Shown here: piece after piece, positions 55,526-64,000 of the stretch
Position numbering within the stretch: position 1 is the stretch's first letter
Layout of the letters: every line of letters starts with the position of its first letter
Assembly (NCBI GenBank): GCA_964438295.1
Contig: CAYTKR010000010.1
Location: 2,633-66,632 of the forward strand
Direction of reading: 5' to 3'
DNA from: an uncultured Anaerolineales bacterium
Lineage (GTDB): Bacteria; Chloroflexota; Anaerolineae; Anaerolineales; UBA11858
Length of the DNA: 64,000 nt
Program-made: the position numbers and the translations under genes
The notes under the pieces: generated by a model
Database searches by the model: none
The model's input: only the letters and a program-made list of their open reading frames with translations
What the model was told of the DNA's origin: nothing

Positions 55526-56179
55526 CTATGCAGTAAAGCTCTCACGGAGATCAACAATCTCCACAACATAAGGACCAACACTCGACTCTAAAGACTGTGG
55601 AGAAACTCCTTCGACTTTCATGGTAATTTCCCGATTTTCACTGCTGTCTCCCAATGTAGTCCCCAAAGCAAGAATATTGCCACCTGCATCGAAAACAGCC
55701 CTGGTTAATTGAGCAAGTTCTCCACGCTCATTGGGAACCATACAAGCCAGGCGCACTCCAGGCTCACGCGCCCCAAGTAATTCCAGGAAGATCTTGAATA
55801 GATCAGTCTCAGTGATCATGCCAACCACTTCTCCATCCCGAACAACAGGCAATCCACCGATCTTATTGTCAACCATGATTCGGGCCGCTTCTTCTAGAGG
55901 AGTATCTTCGGTGATCGTAATAATCTCGTCGGTCATAACATGCTTAACGATGATCCTGTTCAACAAATAACTGACCTCCCACACACTCAAACTGGTGGCA
56001 TCTGAGGGAGATGCATGTAGTAAATCTTCTCTTGAAACGATGCCGACCAAGTGACCGCGCTTATCAACTACTGGGAACCTTCGAATTTGCTCCCTCTTCA
56101 TAATATTGAGGGCTTCAATTACTGGCAGCTCGGGGCGGACAGTAATAACTGGGTGAGACATACGCTCATTGACTAACAT
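55526..56179 (-). CDS. CBS-pair domain protein with C-terminal ACT-like domain
   Basis: Two CBS repeats (HPVITVRPE...RRFPVVDKRGHLVGIVS; HVMTDEIITI...GGLPVVRDGEVVGMITE). Confidence 0.8.
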   Translation of the reverse strand: MLVNERMSHPVITVRPELPVIEALNIMKREQIRRFPVVDKRGHLVGIVSREDLLHASPSDATSLSVWEVSYLLNRIIVKHVMTDEIITITEDTPLEEAARIMVDNKIGGLPVVRDGEVVGMITETDLFKIFLELLGAREPGVRLACMVPNERGELAQLTRAVFDAGGNILALGTTLGDSSENREITMKVEGVSPQSLESSVGPYVVEIVDLRESFTA

Positions 56180-56211
56180 TTTTATATCCTCTCTAAATGG
56201 TTCTATACTTT

Positions 56212-56415
56212 CTAATTAACTTTTCCATTTGTTGACGACTTGCAATCGTTGACATAAAAGCCGGGACCCTTGAATAAAATATTCGGCACTGTGTACAAAC
56301 GTTGAACATTTTTATGGCCGTTAGGACAGGTAACATTTGTCTTATCGTCAGTCATGTGTAGATGTTTTTCAAAAATGGTTCCACACACTTTGCACTTGAA
56401 TAAATATGTTTGCAT
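56212..56415 (-). CDS. FmdB-family zinc-ribbon protein
   Basis: MQTYLFKCKVCGTIFE...CPNGH. 67 aa. Confidence 0.6.
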   Translation of the reverse strand: MQTYLFKCKVCGTIFEKHLHMTDDKTNVTCPNGHKNVQRLYTVPNILFKGPGFYVNDCKSSTNGKVN

Positions 56416-56451
56416 GAGATATTCGCCATCTTCAAAATGGAATTGAAGTTA

Positions 56452-57921
56452 TTATTGAATCTTCAACAAGCCAGTTCTTTCATTAAATGATTCGATCAAG
56501 GCATCAATCTCTTCAACCTGGGCGTGGATATTTGACCAATAATTAGGCTCGTACCACTGCGCCATGATCTCATCGTAGGTCTTGCCTTGTTGTTCTATCC
56601 AGGTGTAGTATTTCAAATTGTGGATGCGCATACGCTCCGCAACTCCCAACTCTTCCACGTTGTCAGTTCTACAGCCTAGGAGATGGCGATGGTAATCCGC
56701 AACAGCATCCAATTCAGTGTATTCGCCACCTTTCTCGCGCATTTCCTGCAGGCGGCTTTGGTACAGCTCCATAGAATCTGTGAATACGGTAAGAACAATA
56801 TCGTGTTCACCTAACTCATACCATTTGGCGAACTTGATGGCAGAAAGCACATTAGCAATACTGGAGATACCAAGAAGATCTAGATTTTGCACTAAACTTT
56901 CTGGTACCCCATGCTTTGCTAGGTAACTTCGACCAATGGGCTCGTTGAAGAACCTCATCAGACGCATGCAGGCTTCGTCATCAATGGCCATCACCATATC
57001 AGTATTTTTCACATTATGGATCCATGGCACATGTTTGTCGCCGATTCCTTCAATGCGGTGTCCACCAAAACCGTTTAGGATAAGCGTGGGGCATTGAAGC
57101 GCTTCACTGGCAGCTACTTTGCTGTTTGGGAAGAGTTCTTTCAAGTAATCACCACAACCAATGGTTCCGGCTGAACCAGTCGTCAACACAACCCCAATGT
57201 AAGAATCCTCTGAACCTAATTCCCTGGAAAGCACTTCTTCCATAGCATGACCAGTGACATCGTAATGCCAGAGATGGTTGCCAAATTCATCAAACTGGTT
57301 GAAGACGACGATATTTTCTCGTGTCTCCCGCAATTCCCAGCACTTATCGAATATCTCCTTTACATTACTCTCAACACCAGGCGTGGCGATAATCTCTCCC
57401 GATACCTTCGAGAGCCATTCAAACCGCTCTTTACTCATCCCCTCAGGGAGTATAGCTATCGATTCGCAAGCCAATAATGTGGCATCGTAAGCTCCACCTC
57501 GACAGTAATTACCGGTAGAGGGCCAGACCGCTTTCTGAAATGTCGGGTCGAATTGACCTGTAACCAGGCGTGGTACCAGGCACCCGAACGTGGCACCAAC
57601 CTTGTGCGATCCAGTGGGAAACCATTTCCCAACTAAAGCGATAATGCGCGCTTTTACACCTGTCAACGAAGAAGGGAGTTCCAGGTAATTCACTTCATCA
57701 AACCCTCCCCCCGAGGCAACAGGCTCGTTCTTCCAATTAATTCGGAATAGGTTTGGAGAGGTAATATCCCACAAACCAATAGTTGCTAAGCGATTCTTTA
57801 CTTGATCAGGCATCAAAGTAGGATTCTTCTGCTGCATAAATGTAGGGATAATGATGCCGCGTTCTCGAGCACGCTTGACAGTTCTGTTTAGTGTTTTTTC
57901 ATCAATAGTAAGGTTTATCAT
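56452..57921 (-). CDS. PLP-dependent enzyme (tryptophan-synthase-beta-like fold)
   Basis: FPTGSHKVGA lysine motif and TTGSAGT glycine-rich loop. The ATG at 57921 follows AAGGA. Confidence 0.6.
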   Translation of the reverse strand: MINLTIDEKTLNRTVKRARERGIIIPTFMQQKNPTLMPDQVKNRLATIGLWDITSPNLFRINWKNEPVASGGGFDEVNYLELPSSLTGVKARIIALVGKWFPTGSHKVGATFGCLVPRLVTGQFDPTFQKAVWPSTGNYCRGGAYDATLLACESIAILPEGMSKERFEWLSKVSGEIIATPGVESNVKEIFDKCWELRETRENIVVFNQFDEFGNHLWHYDVTGHAMEEVLSRELGSEDSYIGVVLTTGSAGTIGCGDYLKELFPNSKVAASEALQCPTLILNGFGGHRIEGIGDKHVPWIHNVKNTDMVMAIDDEACMRLMRFFNEPIGRSYLAKHGVPESLVQNLDLLGISSIANVLSAIKFAKWYELGEHDIVLTVFTDSMELYQSRLQEMREKGGEYTELDAVADYHRHLLGCRTDNVEELGVAERMRIHNLKYYTWIEQQGKTYDEIMAQWYEPNYWSNIHAQVEEIDALIESFNERTGLLKIQ

Positions 57922-57926
57922 TTGAA

Positions 57927-58940
57927 TTATTCCTTTATTGCACAACTCATAGCTTTATCCCAATCTATAAGTATTTGCTTTGCTAGTTGAGGAGCGCAAA
58001 AACTTCCCTGAGCTCCCCGCAAACATTTAAGCAAGGGATAGATATGATCATGCATTTCTTGGGGTTTAGGACCACTTAAGGCACGTATTGCTGACTGGCG
58101 AGTTAGATCATCCAGTTCATTTCGACTTAGGATATCGAGTGTAGCTCGGACACCACATTCACCCATTTGGGCAAGTACATCCGCTGAAGCCCAACGCACC
58201 AAATAGCTTTCATCAAATAATCCTTTTGCCAGCGTAGTTGCTGCACGTGTATCTCCAATTTCTCCCAAACCCCGGGCTGCTTCCCAGCGGATATGGCTAT
58301 CTGAATGGTCAAGGGCTTCGACATATACAGGCGCTGCTTGTTCTCCAAGAATTTGTAGAGCACGGCGCGCCTCACGGTGGAGTTGACCTCGATCCATAAC
58401 CAATGCATCCATCAGAGGTTGAGCACACGCTTTTTCATTCAATGAAGCCAGGGCTCTAACTGCTCGAATTTTCCACTTCAAAGATCCTTTTTGAATTATT
58501 TCCGCTAACATCGGGATTGCTCTGGAATCATTTCGCTGACCAAGCACACAAGCCGCAGCTTGTCTCAATGGGAGAGATTGATCATCCAAGGCTTCGTGGA
58601 GAACTGCGTCCTTTATGGGACACTCTTGTTGATACTCATCCTGCACAAATACTTCAATTATGGCTTGGTCTATTCGTTCTAAATCTTTTGGATCTGAACT
58701 GCGATCAAATACTCTAAGGTCATCCCAACGACGAATTGCCAGGTAACAAAGCAAGTGATGCCATAACCTGGGATCATTCAAATCGTGGATCGCTTCCTGT
58801 TGCCTTTTACATAGACGAGGGTTAGTAGAACTCAGATACCTCAAGAATATATTGACCGCCTTTGAGTCGTATTGCAGGCCACGGATTAATTGATCTACTT
58901 CTATAGGATGTCTTAAACCCTTTCTGTGGTCCATTGTCAT
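57927..58940 (-). CDS. HEAT-repeat protein
   Basis: Repeated ..R..A..ALG.IGD.. units (IRWEAARGLGEIGD, VRWASADVLAQMGE, RQAAACVLGQRND). Confidence 0.75.
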   Translation of the reverse strand: MTMDHRKGLRHPIEVDQLIRGLQYDSKAVNIFLRYLSSTNPRLCKRQQEAIHDLNDPRLWHHLLCYLAIRRWDDLRVFDRSSDPKDLERIDQAIIEVFVQDEYQQECPIKDAVLHEALDDQSLPLRQAAACVLGQRNDSRAIPMLAEIIQKGSLKWKIRAVRALASLNEKACAQPLMDALVMDRGQLHREARRALQILGEQAAPVYVEALDHSDSHIRWEAARGLGEIGDTRAATTLAKGLFDESYLVRWASADVLAQMGECGVRATLDILSRNELDDLTRQSAIRALSGPKPQEMHDHIYPLLKCLRGAQGSFCAPQLAKQILIDWDKAMSCAIKE

Positions 58941-59017
58941 AGCTGCTACCCAAATTGCTACCTAAATCATTGATAAATCGTTTGGATCAGACTTCAAACT
59001 AATTTGATATTTCATAG

Positions 59018-59251
59018 CTAATTCATCATCCAATCTCGAAATTCATGGCCATTCACAAAGATCGGTGAAAAATTGGACAAGGAAAAATCAGTTAGGAATC
59101 CTCCGAGACCTATATCATGTGAAAGGAAGCTCCCTACACAAATAACCCTTTCGCACTCACATTTGGGACATGCTTGTTGAACTCTATAGCCATGTCCTCT
59201 TTGAGAGACAAACCAAGTATGTCCACAAACAAAACACTTATATTTTTTCAT
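59018..59251 (-). CDS. small zinc-ribbon protein (paralog of 55281-55508)
   Basis: MKKYKCFVCGHTW...CPKCEC. Confidence 0.55.
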   Translation of the reverse strand: MKKYKCFVCGHTWFVSQRGHGYRVQQACPKCECERVICVGSFLSHDIGLGGFLTDFSLSNFSPIFVNGHEFRDWMMN

Positions 59252-59318
59252 CTTCGATTTCCAGTATGGGCACAGATGTTCAGAGTCAAAATATTGTTTT
59301 CTATGGTTTCCAAAAGCA

Positions 59319-59765
59319 TTAGCTTTCGGCCCTAATGATCAATAACGGGCGATCAATCCGATGAAGCACACCAGCTGCTACACTGCCATAAAAGACATGC
59401 GATAATCCCGTGCGACCATGGCTTGCCATGGCGATCATATCCACATCATTCTTTTCAGCTACATCTATGATTGTTCCAACTATTGGACCTTCCTCAACAA
59501 GCAATTTTGTGGAGATCCCGACCTCTCGAAACTCTCCTTTTATTCCTGTTAGATATTTTTGCGCCTGGTTTACTAAAATGTCTCGCTTGTTTTTATCAAG
59601 ATCCCATCCGGGATATCCATTCGGACTCGCGTAAACGAATACTGGTTCAATTACTTGCAACAAAATCACTTTTGCCTCGAAACAATGTGCTATTTGCTCC
59701 ACATGAGGCACGATCGCTTCGGCACGTTTTGACCCATCTAAGGGGGCTAATATTTTTCTAATCAT
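59319..59765 (-). CDS. universal stress protein (paralog of 28973-29422)
   Basis: From the ATG at 59765: MIRKILAPLDGSKRAEAI...MASHGRTGLSHVFYGSVAAGVLHRIDRPLLIIR. Confidence 0.9.
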   Translation of the reverse strand: MIRKILAPLDGSKRAEAIVPHVEQIAHCFEAKVILLQVIEPVFVYASPNGYPGWDLDKNKRDILVNQAQKYLTGIKGEFREVGISTKLLVEEGPIVGTIIDVAEKNDVDMIAMASHGRTGLSHVFYGSVAAGVLHRIDRPLLIIRAES

Positions 59766-59847
59766 TGTCTCTCTCACTTTACCTTTTATCATTTCTCCAA
59801 AGAAAAATCTGGAGAATAACGCACATAAAATTTACCTAATACAGAAC

Positions 59848-59884
59848 CTCTTGTCGTCAGATAGACGATGATTTTTCTCTCAAC
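59848..59884. promoter_or_regulatory. conserved 37-nt box upstream of USP gene (copy 2), in the divergent region shared with the two-component operon
   Basis: CTCTTGTCGTCAGATAGACGATGATTTTTCTCTCAAC, 32/37 identical to 29516-29552, about 85-120 nt upstream of the USP start. Confidence 0.55.
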
Positions 59885-59995
59885 AAAATAAGGTCGCTTT
59901 TTGTTGGTTTCACAACAATTGTTGTAGCCTGATCGATTGTGCTAAAATGAATTTAAATGGAATAAGTAATCGCTTGACCTTATTGGCGATAAAAG

Positions 59996-61543
59996 ATGAC
60001 TAAAACTATAAAGAAAAATACAGAGTTGGCCGCCCTACTCCAAACTCATAAGGATGAAATCGCGACATCATGGGCAAGGGATGTTCGTGATCTTCCAGAT
60101 TCTCAATACCAGAAATATCCCATCGAAACGATAAACCAGTGGGCTTCGGATGGGTTATTGGCAATCATAGAAGCATTTTCATATGGCCCCAATGAAAAAC
60201 TAGACAAATACTTGAATGAGCTCGCCCAAACCCGCCTGGAGGCAGATTTTCCCATATACGAGGTCACAGAGGGCTTTTTGCTTTCAAAGGAGCCAATTCA
60301 GAAGGTTATATTTGTCGCATATCCTCCCGGTTCTCCACATGCTATTGAATCGATAACACAACTAGATATTTGTATACGACACATTGTTAGCAGATTTGGC
60401 CGATTGTATTCAGAAGCCATGCACCATCAGCTATTAGACGAAACACATCAAAGATTAATAGAAAGCGAAAGTCTCCAACGAACAACGACCGCCTTGCTTC
60501 AGAAACTTACCCTCGATGAAGTATTGGAAATTGTATGTTCAGAAGCACGACATCTAACGAATGCCACAGGCAGTGCCATTTTGCTTTCTGAGGACGAAGG
60601 TTGGTTGCAAGTGATGATCAGTACTGGAACCCCCTTACCAGTGCTGGAACGTTTACCACTAGAAGGCTCGATTGCGGGTTCAGCAATAGAACAAGGCATG
60701 CATGTTCTGATCAACAATCCATCAGATCAAGTGCAAGTATATTATCGAAATCCAGATCTAAAGAATCTATTGGTAATTCCTTTACGCGTGGAGGAAACGA
60801 TCATAGGTGTACTTGATGTTGTCAATAAACACACGGGATTCTCAGAAGATGATTTTCGCATTATGAGCATTTTTGCCGACCAAGCAGCTATCGCCATAGA
60901 AACTGCTCGATTGCAAAAACATGCGGAACAGCTCGCTGTTTTTGAAGAACGACAAAGGCTGGCTCGCGAATTACATGACTCAGTCACGCAAGCGCTTTAC
61001 AGCCTATCTCTCTACACTGAAGCAACGCAGAAAGCATTAAACGGTGAAAAGCTCGAAAAAGCCCTTGAATATCTAGCTGAACTACGAACCATGGTACGCG
61101 AAGCTATGCTGGATATGCGCTTACTAATATTTGAATTACATCCCCCAATTCTCGAAAAAGAAGGGCTAATAGCTGCAATTGAAACAAGGTTGAAGGCAGT
61201 TGAAGCCAGGTCAGGTATACAAACAGAATTTCAAGTCGAAGGAGAGAAGCGACTACCCATCAATACAGAAACTGAATTGTTCAGGATGATTCAAGAAGCG
61301 CTAACTAATGTTGTTAAGCATGCAAAAGCTAATCATGTCAGAATTAGTGTGCAATATGAGACAAATCTTTTTCGATTGATTATAAAAGATGACGGTATCG
61401 GTTTTGACCCAAAAGCATCTATTCATGGTGGTGGCATAGGTCTAATAGGAATACAAGAACGGGTGCAAAAAATGGACGGTAACCTAATATTGGAAAGTTC
61501 TCCAAATAAGGGCACATCTTTAGAAATCATCGTAAATATTTAG
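59996..61543 (+). CDS. cytoplasmic sensor histidine kinase (RsbRD-N-like domain, GAF, HisKA_3, HATPase)
   Basis: No TM segment. GAF region (...VIPLRVEETIIGVLDVVN), H-box ERQRLARELHDSVTQ, N/G boxes (EALTNVVKHA, DDGIGF, GGIGLIG). Confidence 0.85.
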   Translation: MTKTIKKNTELAALLQTHKDEIATSWARDVRDLPDSQYQKYPIETINQWASDGLLAIIEAFSYGPNEKLDKYLNELAQTRLEADFPIYEVTEGFLLSKEPIQKVIFVAYPPGSPHAIESITQLDICIRHIVSRFGRLYSEAMHHQLLDETHQRLIESESLQRTTTALLQKLTLDEVLEIVCSEARHLTNATGSAILLSEDEGWLQVMISTGTPLPVLERLPLEGSIAGSAIEQGMHVLINNPSDQVQVYYRNPDLKNLLVIPLRVEETIIGVLDVVNKHTGFSEDDFRIMSIFADQAAIAIETARLQKHAEQLAVFEERQRLARELHDSVTQALYSLSLYTEATQKALNGEKLEKALEYLAELRTMVREAMLDMRLLIFELHPPILEKEGLIAAIETRLKAVEARSGIQTEFQVEGEKRLPINTETELFRMIQEALTNVVKHAKANHVRISVQYETNLFRLIIKDDGIGFDPKASIHGGGIGLIGIQERVQKMDGNLILESSPNKGTSLEIIVNI

Positions 61544-61560
61544 GAATTGGAGGCATCACA

Positions 61561-62229
61561 ATGACGAATTCAAGTATAAAGATCCTTGTTGTTGACGATC
61601 ATGCTATCGTCCGCAAAGGCGTGCGAGCACTTTTCGATGAAGTTGAAGGAATAGAAATCATAGGAGAAGCCGGGGATGGTGTGGAAGCAATTACTCAGGT
61701 AGAAGCACTTCATCCCGATGTGATCCTGATGGATTTAGTGATGCCCAACATGGACGGCATCGAAGCAATTTCACAGATCACTGTCAAACATGAAAAAGCC
61801 CGCATTATAGCGCTAACTAGTTTTGCCACTGACGACAAAATATTCCCGGCAATCAAGGCGGGAGCTCTAGGTTATCTGCTCAAAGATTCTGATCCAGATG
61901 AATTAATTAGGGCCATCCGCTTAGTTCACCAGGGTGAACCATCACTTGATCCAAGCATTGCCAGGAAAGTTTTGCAGGAAATTAGTCGACCATCAGAGCA
62001 CCCACCAACACCTGACCCCCTCACTGAGCGAGAAGTGGAGATTTTGAGTTTAGTTGCGAAGGGTTTAGGTAATCAGGAGATTGCAGATCAACTTGTCATA
62101 GCCGAAGTTACTGTCCGCACGCATGTAAGCCACATCCTCAGCAAATTACATTTAGCGAATAGAGTGCAGGCTACCTTATACGCACTTAGAGAAGGATTCG
62201 CAAAATTGGATAACAATGACCAGAATTAA
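61561..62229 (+). CDS. NarL/FixJ-family response regulator (REC + LuxR HTH)
   Basis: ILVVDDH...DVILMDLVMP receiver domain. LTEREVEILSLVAKGLGNQEIADQL HTH. Confidence 0.9.
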   Translation: MTNSSIKILVVDDHAIVRKGVRALFDEVEGIEIIGEAGDGVEAITQVEALHPDVILMDLVMPNMDGIEAISQITVKHEKARIIALTSFATDDKIFPAIKAGALGYLLKDSDPDELIRAIRLVHQGEPSLDPSIARKVLQEISRPSEHPPTPDPLTEREVEILSLVAKGLGNQEIADQLVIAEVTVRTHVSHILSKLHLANRVQATLYALREGFAKLDNNDQN

Positions 62230-62472
62230 AAATCTATCACTAATAGAACTTGCATTCTCCAATACCCTCGCCAATTGTATTTCAATCATGTGATTTTTCA
62301 CTGCTGACAACGATACAGAAAACCACCCAATAAATACACCACTTGTTGCTCCGATGGCTGCCCCAAGAAGTGTGTTGTTTATAGCAGCACCAAAAGCTAT
62401 TCCGAATAAAATCCCAATTATCAATTCCAGAATAATGAAATAGGCAAAATTTCGCTCCATATTGTCATCCAA
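62176..62472 (-). CDS. possible small glycine-zipper membrane protein
   Basis: The first ~55 aa are hydrophobic and Gly-rich (GILFGIAFGAAINNTLLGAAIGATSGVFIG). The 3' 54 nt run antisense into the response-regulator gene, which lowers confidence. Confidence 0.3.
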   Translation of the reverse strand: MDDNMERNFAYFIILELIIGILFGIAFGAAINNTLLGAAIGATSGVFIGWFSVSLSAVKNHMIEIQLARVLENASSISDRFLILVIVIQFCESFSKCV

Positions 62473-62493
62473 ATATTGAACAACTTAATTTAC

Positions 62494-62763
62494 TTATCTC
62501 TTACGGATGAATCGAAAATCGCAAACTGAAGCGCCTTGTGAAAGGGTGCCCGTACGTTTAAATTCGAATCCCGCCTTTTTGCAAAGATGAGGAAAGAACA
62601 CTTCATCTCCATAACATGTAGAGTAATAGCAATAATACGGATCTCCAAGAACTCGGGCTACTTCTGCCCATGCACAGAAGGTCACATTTAACTGAAACAC
62701 ATCATCTGTATCTTCAACAACTTCGGCTTCCTCAAGTCCCTTCTGTTCCATTGCGTTCATCAT
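62494..62763 (-). CDS. short protein resembling the C-terminal part of L-2-amino-thiazoline-4-carboxylic acid hydrolase-family proteins
   Basis: FCAWAEV...CYGDEVFF....GF.F.RTGTL..GASVCDFRF pattern. Only 89 aa. Confidence 0.4.
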   Translation of the reverse strand: MMNAMEQKGLEEAEVVEDTDDVFQLNVTFCAWAEVARVLGDPYYCYYSTCYGDEVFFPHLCKKAGFEFKRTGTLSQGASVCDFRFIRKR

Positions 62764-63139
62764 TGCTACATAATACTTTTTGAATGGAGAGAGTAAATCC
62801 CCTTGTCAAGAGATAATCTACTATCATCGCAACACAAATTCCGAAAGCATTAGCAATGAAATCAAGAGGATCGAATATTCCAGGGTACCGGCCAAATGCT
62901 TGGGCTATCTCCTGAGCTGATACCCCCATGAATGTGTACGCGCCATTCATATATTTATTCTCAATTAGTGGTAGTTTTATAAATTTCAGTATAAAGTATG
63001 CTCCAAATGAAAATGTTAGATTGGCTCCATGGCTGTGCACAAGGGTTTCTAACGGGCCTGAATAAAATCTAACACCAAGAAGGCCAATTACTCCAACAAA
63101 TATGAAGGCTACGTTACGAGTTTTTTCTTTTGGTTTCAT
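62732..63139 (-). CDS. small integral membrane protein
   Basis: 135 aa with 3-4 hydrophobic segments. Family not recognised with confidence. Confidence 0.45.
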   Translation of the reverse strand: MKPKEKTRNVAFIFVGVIGLLGVRFYSGPLETLVHSHGANLTFSFGAYFILKFIKLPLIENKYMNGAYTFMGVSAQEIAQAFGRYPGIFDPLDFIANAFGICVAMIVDYLLTRGFTLSIQKVLCSNDERNGTEGT

Positions 63140-63203
63140 GATCTAGAAATTGAAATTAGTTTGGTATAACCTTCTTATAAATCACTTGGTCGAAATCAGA
63201 TAG

Positions 63204-63246
63204 AAAAACTTCTCCCAGAGTGAGGGGGGCACCCTAAGAGAAGTTT
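63204..63246 (-). terminator. stem-loop with T-run on the minus strand, 65 nt upstream of gene 62732-63139
   Basis: AAAACTTCTC (63204-63213) pairs with GAGAAGTTTT (63237-63246) around a 23-nt loop. In minus sense it is followed by TTTTTCT. Confidence 0.35.
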
Positions 63247-63666
63247 TGCTATTGTCCCATATTGTATAATTAATACAATTATAAATGACATGTATGGTAA
63301 GTGAAATAAATCATATAATCATATCAAGAAATTCTATTTGTTTCTGGAATAAGGCTCTAATCGGAAGCATTAAGTTTAATCTTACATAGGGTCCAAAAAG
63401 AGCTGCCGATTTCTAACAATAAATAGAAAGCAAACTATTTGGATACAAACCCTCCTTAAACTTAAAATGTGGGGATGACATATTTTTCTTCTAATCTTTG
63501 TGTGGGTACAAAATTACATTAGGTTGTCCGGCGGGTGTAGAGACCATTGTGTAATTCATGTGTAAGGAGTCATGTTCAGCGCTGAGTTTAAGCGAAATTA
63601 ACTAAGAAATTGGATAATCATTTAAAGATCGAACACCCTTACCGTTAGTGAGCAACTTCTCTGCAC

Positions 63667-63825
63667 GGCTTTCTTAAAGTCGCGCTTTGAGTGTCATTGC
63701 GAGCCGCCAGAGGCGTGCGAAGCAATCTGAATTTCTCTTCAAGGGCGTCTCTGATCGCTTCGTCGGGCAGCCATGCCCTCCTGGCGATAACAATCGAGCG
63801 CTATTTTTCTGACTTTAAGAAAGCC
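63667..63825. repeat. ~160-bp palindromic (MITE/REP-like) element
   Basis: 15-bp perfect terminal inverted repeats GGCTTTCTTAAAGTC / GACTTTAAGAAAGCC. Nested imperfect arms include CATTGCGAG...CGAAGCAATC versus GATCGCTTCG...CGATAAC. Confidence 0.7.
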
Positions 63826-63886
63826 CTGAATTTCTTTGGGCCAATTCTTGATTCTCCTACACAAGTATGATATTTTATTACCGGAA

Positions 63887-63919
63887 AGACGTACTCCCTG
63901 GAGGAGTGCGTCTTTTTTT
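63887..63919 (+). terminator. canonical intrinsic terminator on plus strand
   Basis: 11-bp stem AGACGTACTCC/GGAGTGCGTCT (one G-T pair), 5-nt loop, then 7 T. No ORF of 60 aa or more lies upstream on the plus strand. A possible ATG with GGAG lies at 63955. Confidence 0.6.
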
Positions 63920-64000
63920 GTTTAAGATTTCATTCTTGATGCGGAGTTTGGTAATGTTAGGCAGACTGAAAGAATTCCTGGTTGATGATCGGGCTGCCGA

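Noticed and set aside
63560-63600. AAGGAG followed by ATG encoding a 9-aa peptide (MFSAEFKRN) as a leader peptide
   Set aside because: The spacing between GGAG and ATG is only 2 nt. In the two full repeat copies the same AAGGAG is not followed by an ATG, so it is probably part of the repeat (promoter -35 region on the other strand) and not an RBS.
1-64000. CRISPR arrays, rRNA genes, transposases, integrases, prophage or defence-system genes
   Set aside because: No spaced direct-repeat arrays were seen. No ORF showed nuclease, helicase, recombinase or reverse-transcriptase hallmarks. All long ORFs are accounted for by metabolic, transport, regulatory or Fe-S functions.

Overview
The window is a gene-dense chromosomal segment. 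About 70 CDS are called, and all but three (the LacI regulator and the histidine kinase/response regulator pair) are on the minus strand. The gene content suggests an anaerobe. A Chloroflexota/Anaerolineae-like origin is only a low-confidence impression from protein families and compositional style.

Layout, left to right:
- (1) 0.5-15.7 kb: carbohydrate-utilisation locus with FGGY kinase, fucose-isomerase-family enzyme, two dehydrogenases, SGNH esterase, SIS protein, acetyltransferase, sugar ABC transporter, GH31 glycosidase and a divergent LacI regulator with palindromic operators. It is bracketed by two homologous ~250-nt non-coding elements.
- (2) 15.7-19.2 kb: metal-chelate type ABC importer plus a THEP1-like NTPase.
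- (3) 19.3-25.5 kb: amidohydrolase, a decayed MgtC gene, a Mop-type molybdo-oxidoreductase and an orphan AmmeMemoRadiSam-type radical SAM enzyme.
- (4) 25.8-29.4 kb: stress cluster with two USPs, an ArsB/NhaD permease, a ferredoxin and Hsp20.
- (5) 29.7-38.3 kb: visibly GC-richer block with an MFS transporter, a giant HdrA-like flavoprotein, two MvhD-like proteins, three Fe-S subunits and a CGGC protein.
- (6) 38.3-45.3 kb: redox/Fe-S maturation genes: DUF89, thioesterase, Trx-VKOR fusion, Mrp/ApbC, radical SAM, pentapeptide protein, AhpD-like protein.
- (7) 45.4-50 kb: YggS, USP, ZIP transporter, and a DtxR-FeoA regulator flanked by a canonical and a catalytically degenerate peptide deformylase.
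- (8) 49.9-59.3 kb: a cluster of three NifX-like proteins, two ferredoxin-inserted MinD-type ATPases, a CooC-like ATPase, a membrane methyltransferase, Zn-ribbon proteins, a CBS protein, a PLP enzyme and a HEAT protein. I consider this the best candidate for an uncharacterised metallocluster-handling system.
- (9) 59.3-62.2 kb: USP plus a GAF histidine kinase and NarL-type regulator.
- (10) 62.2-64 kb: small genes and a long non-coding stretch with a palindromic MITE/REP-like element and terminator-like hairpins.

I found no rRNA, no intact tRNA, no CRISPR array, and no transposase, integrase or phage genes. All functional calls rest on motif and family recognition by eye. No searches were run, and all GC and identity statements are visual estimates.
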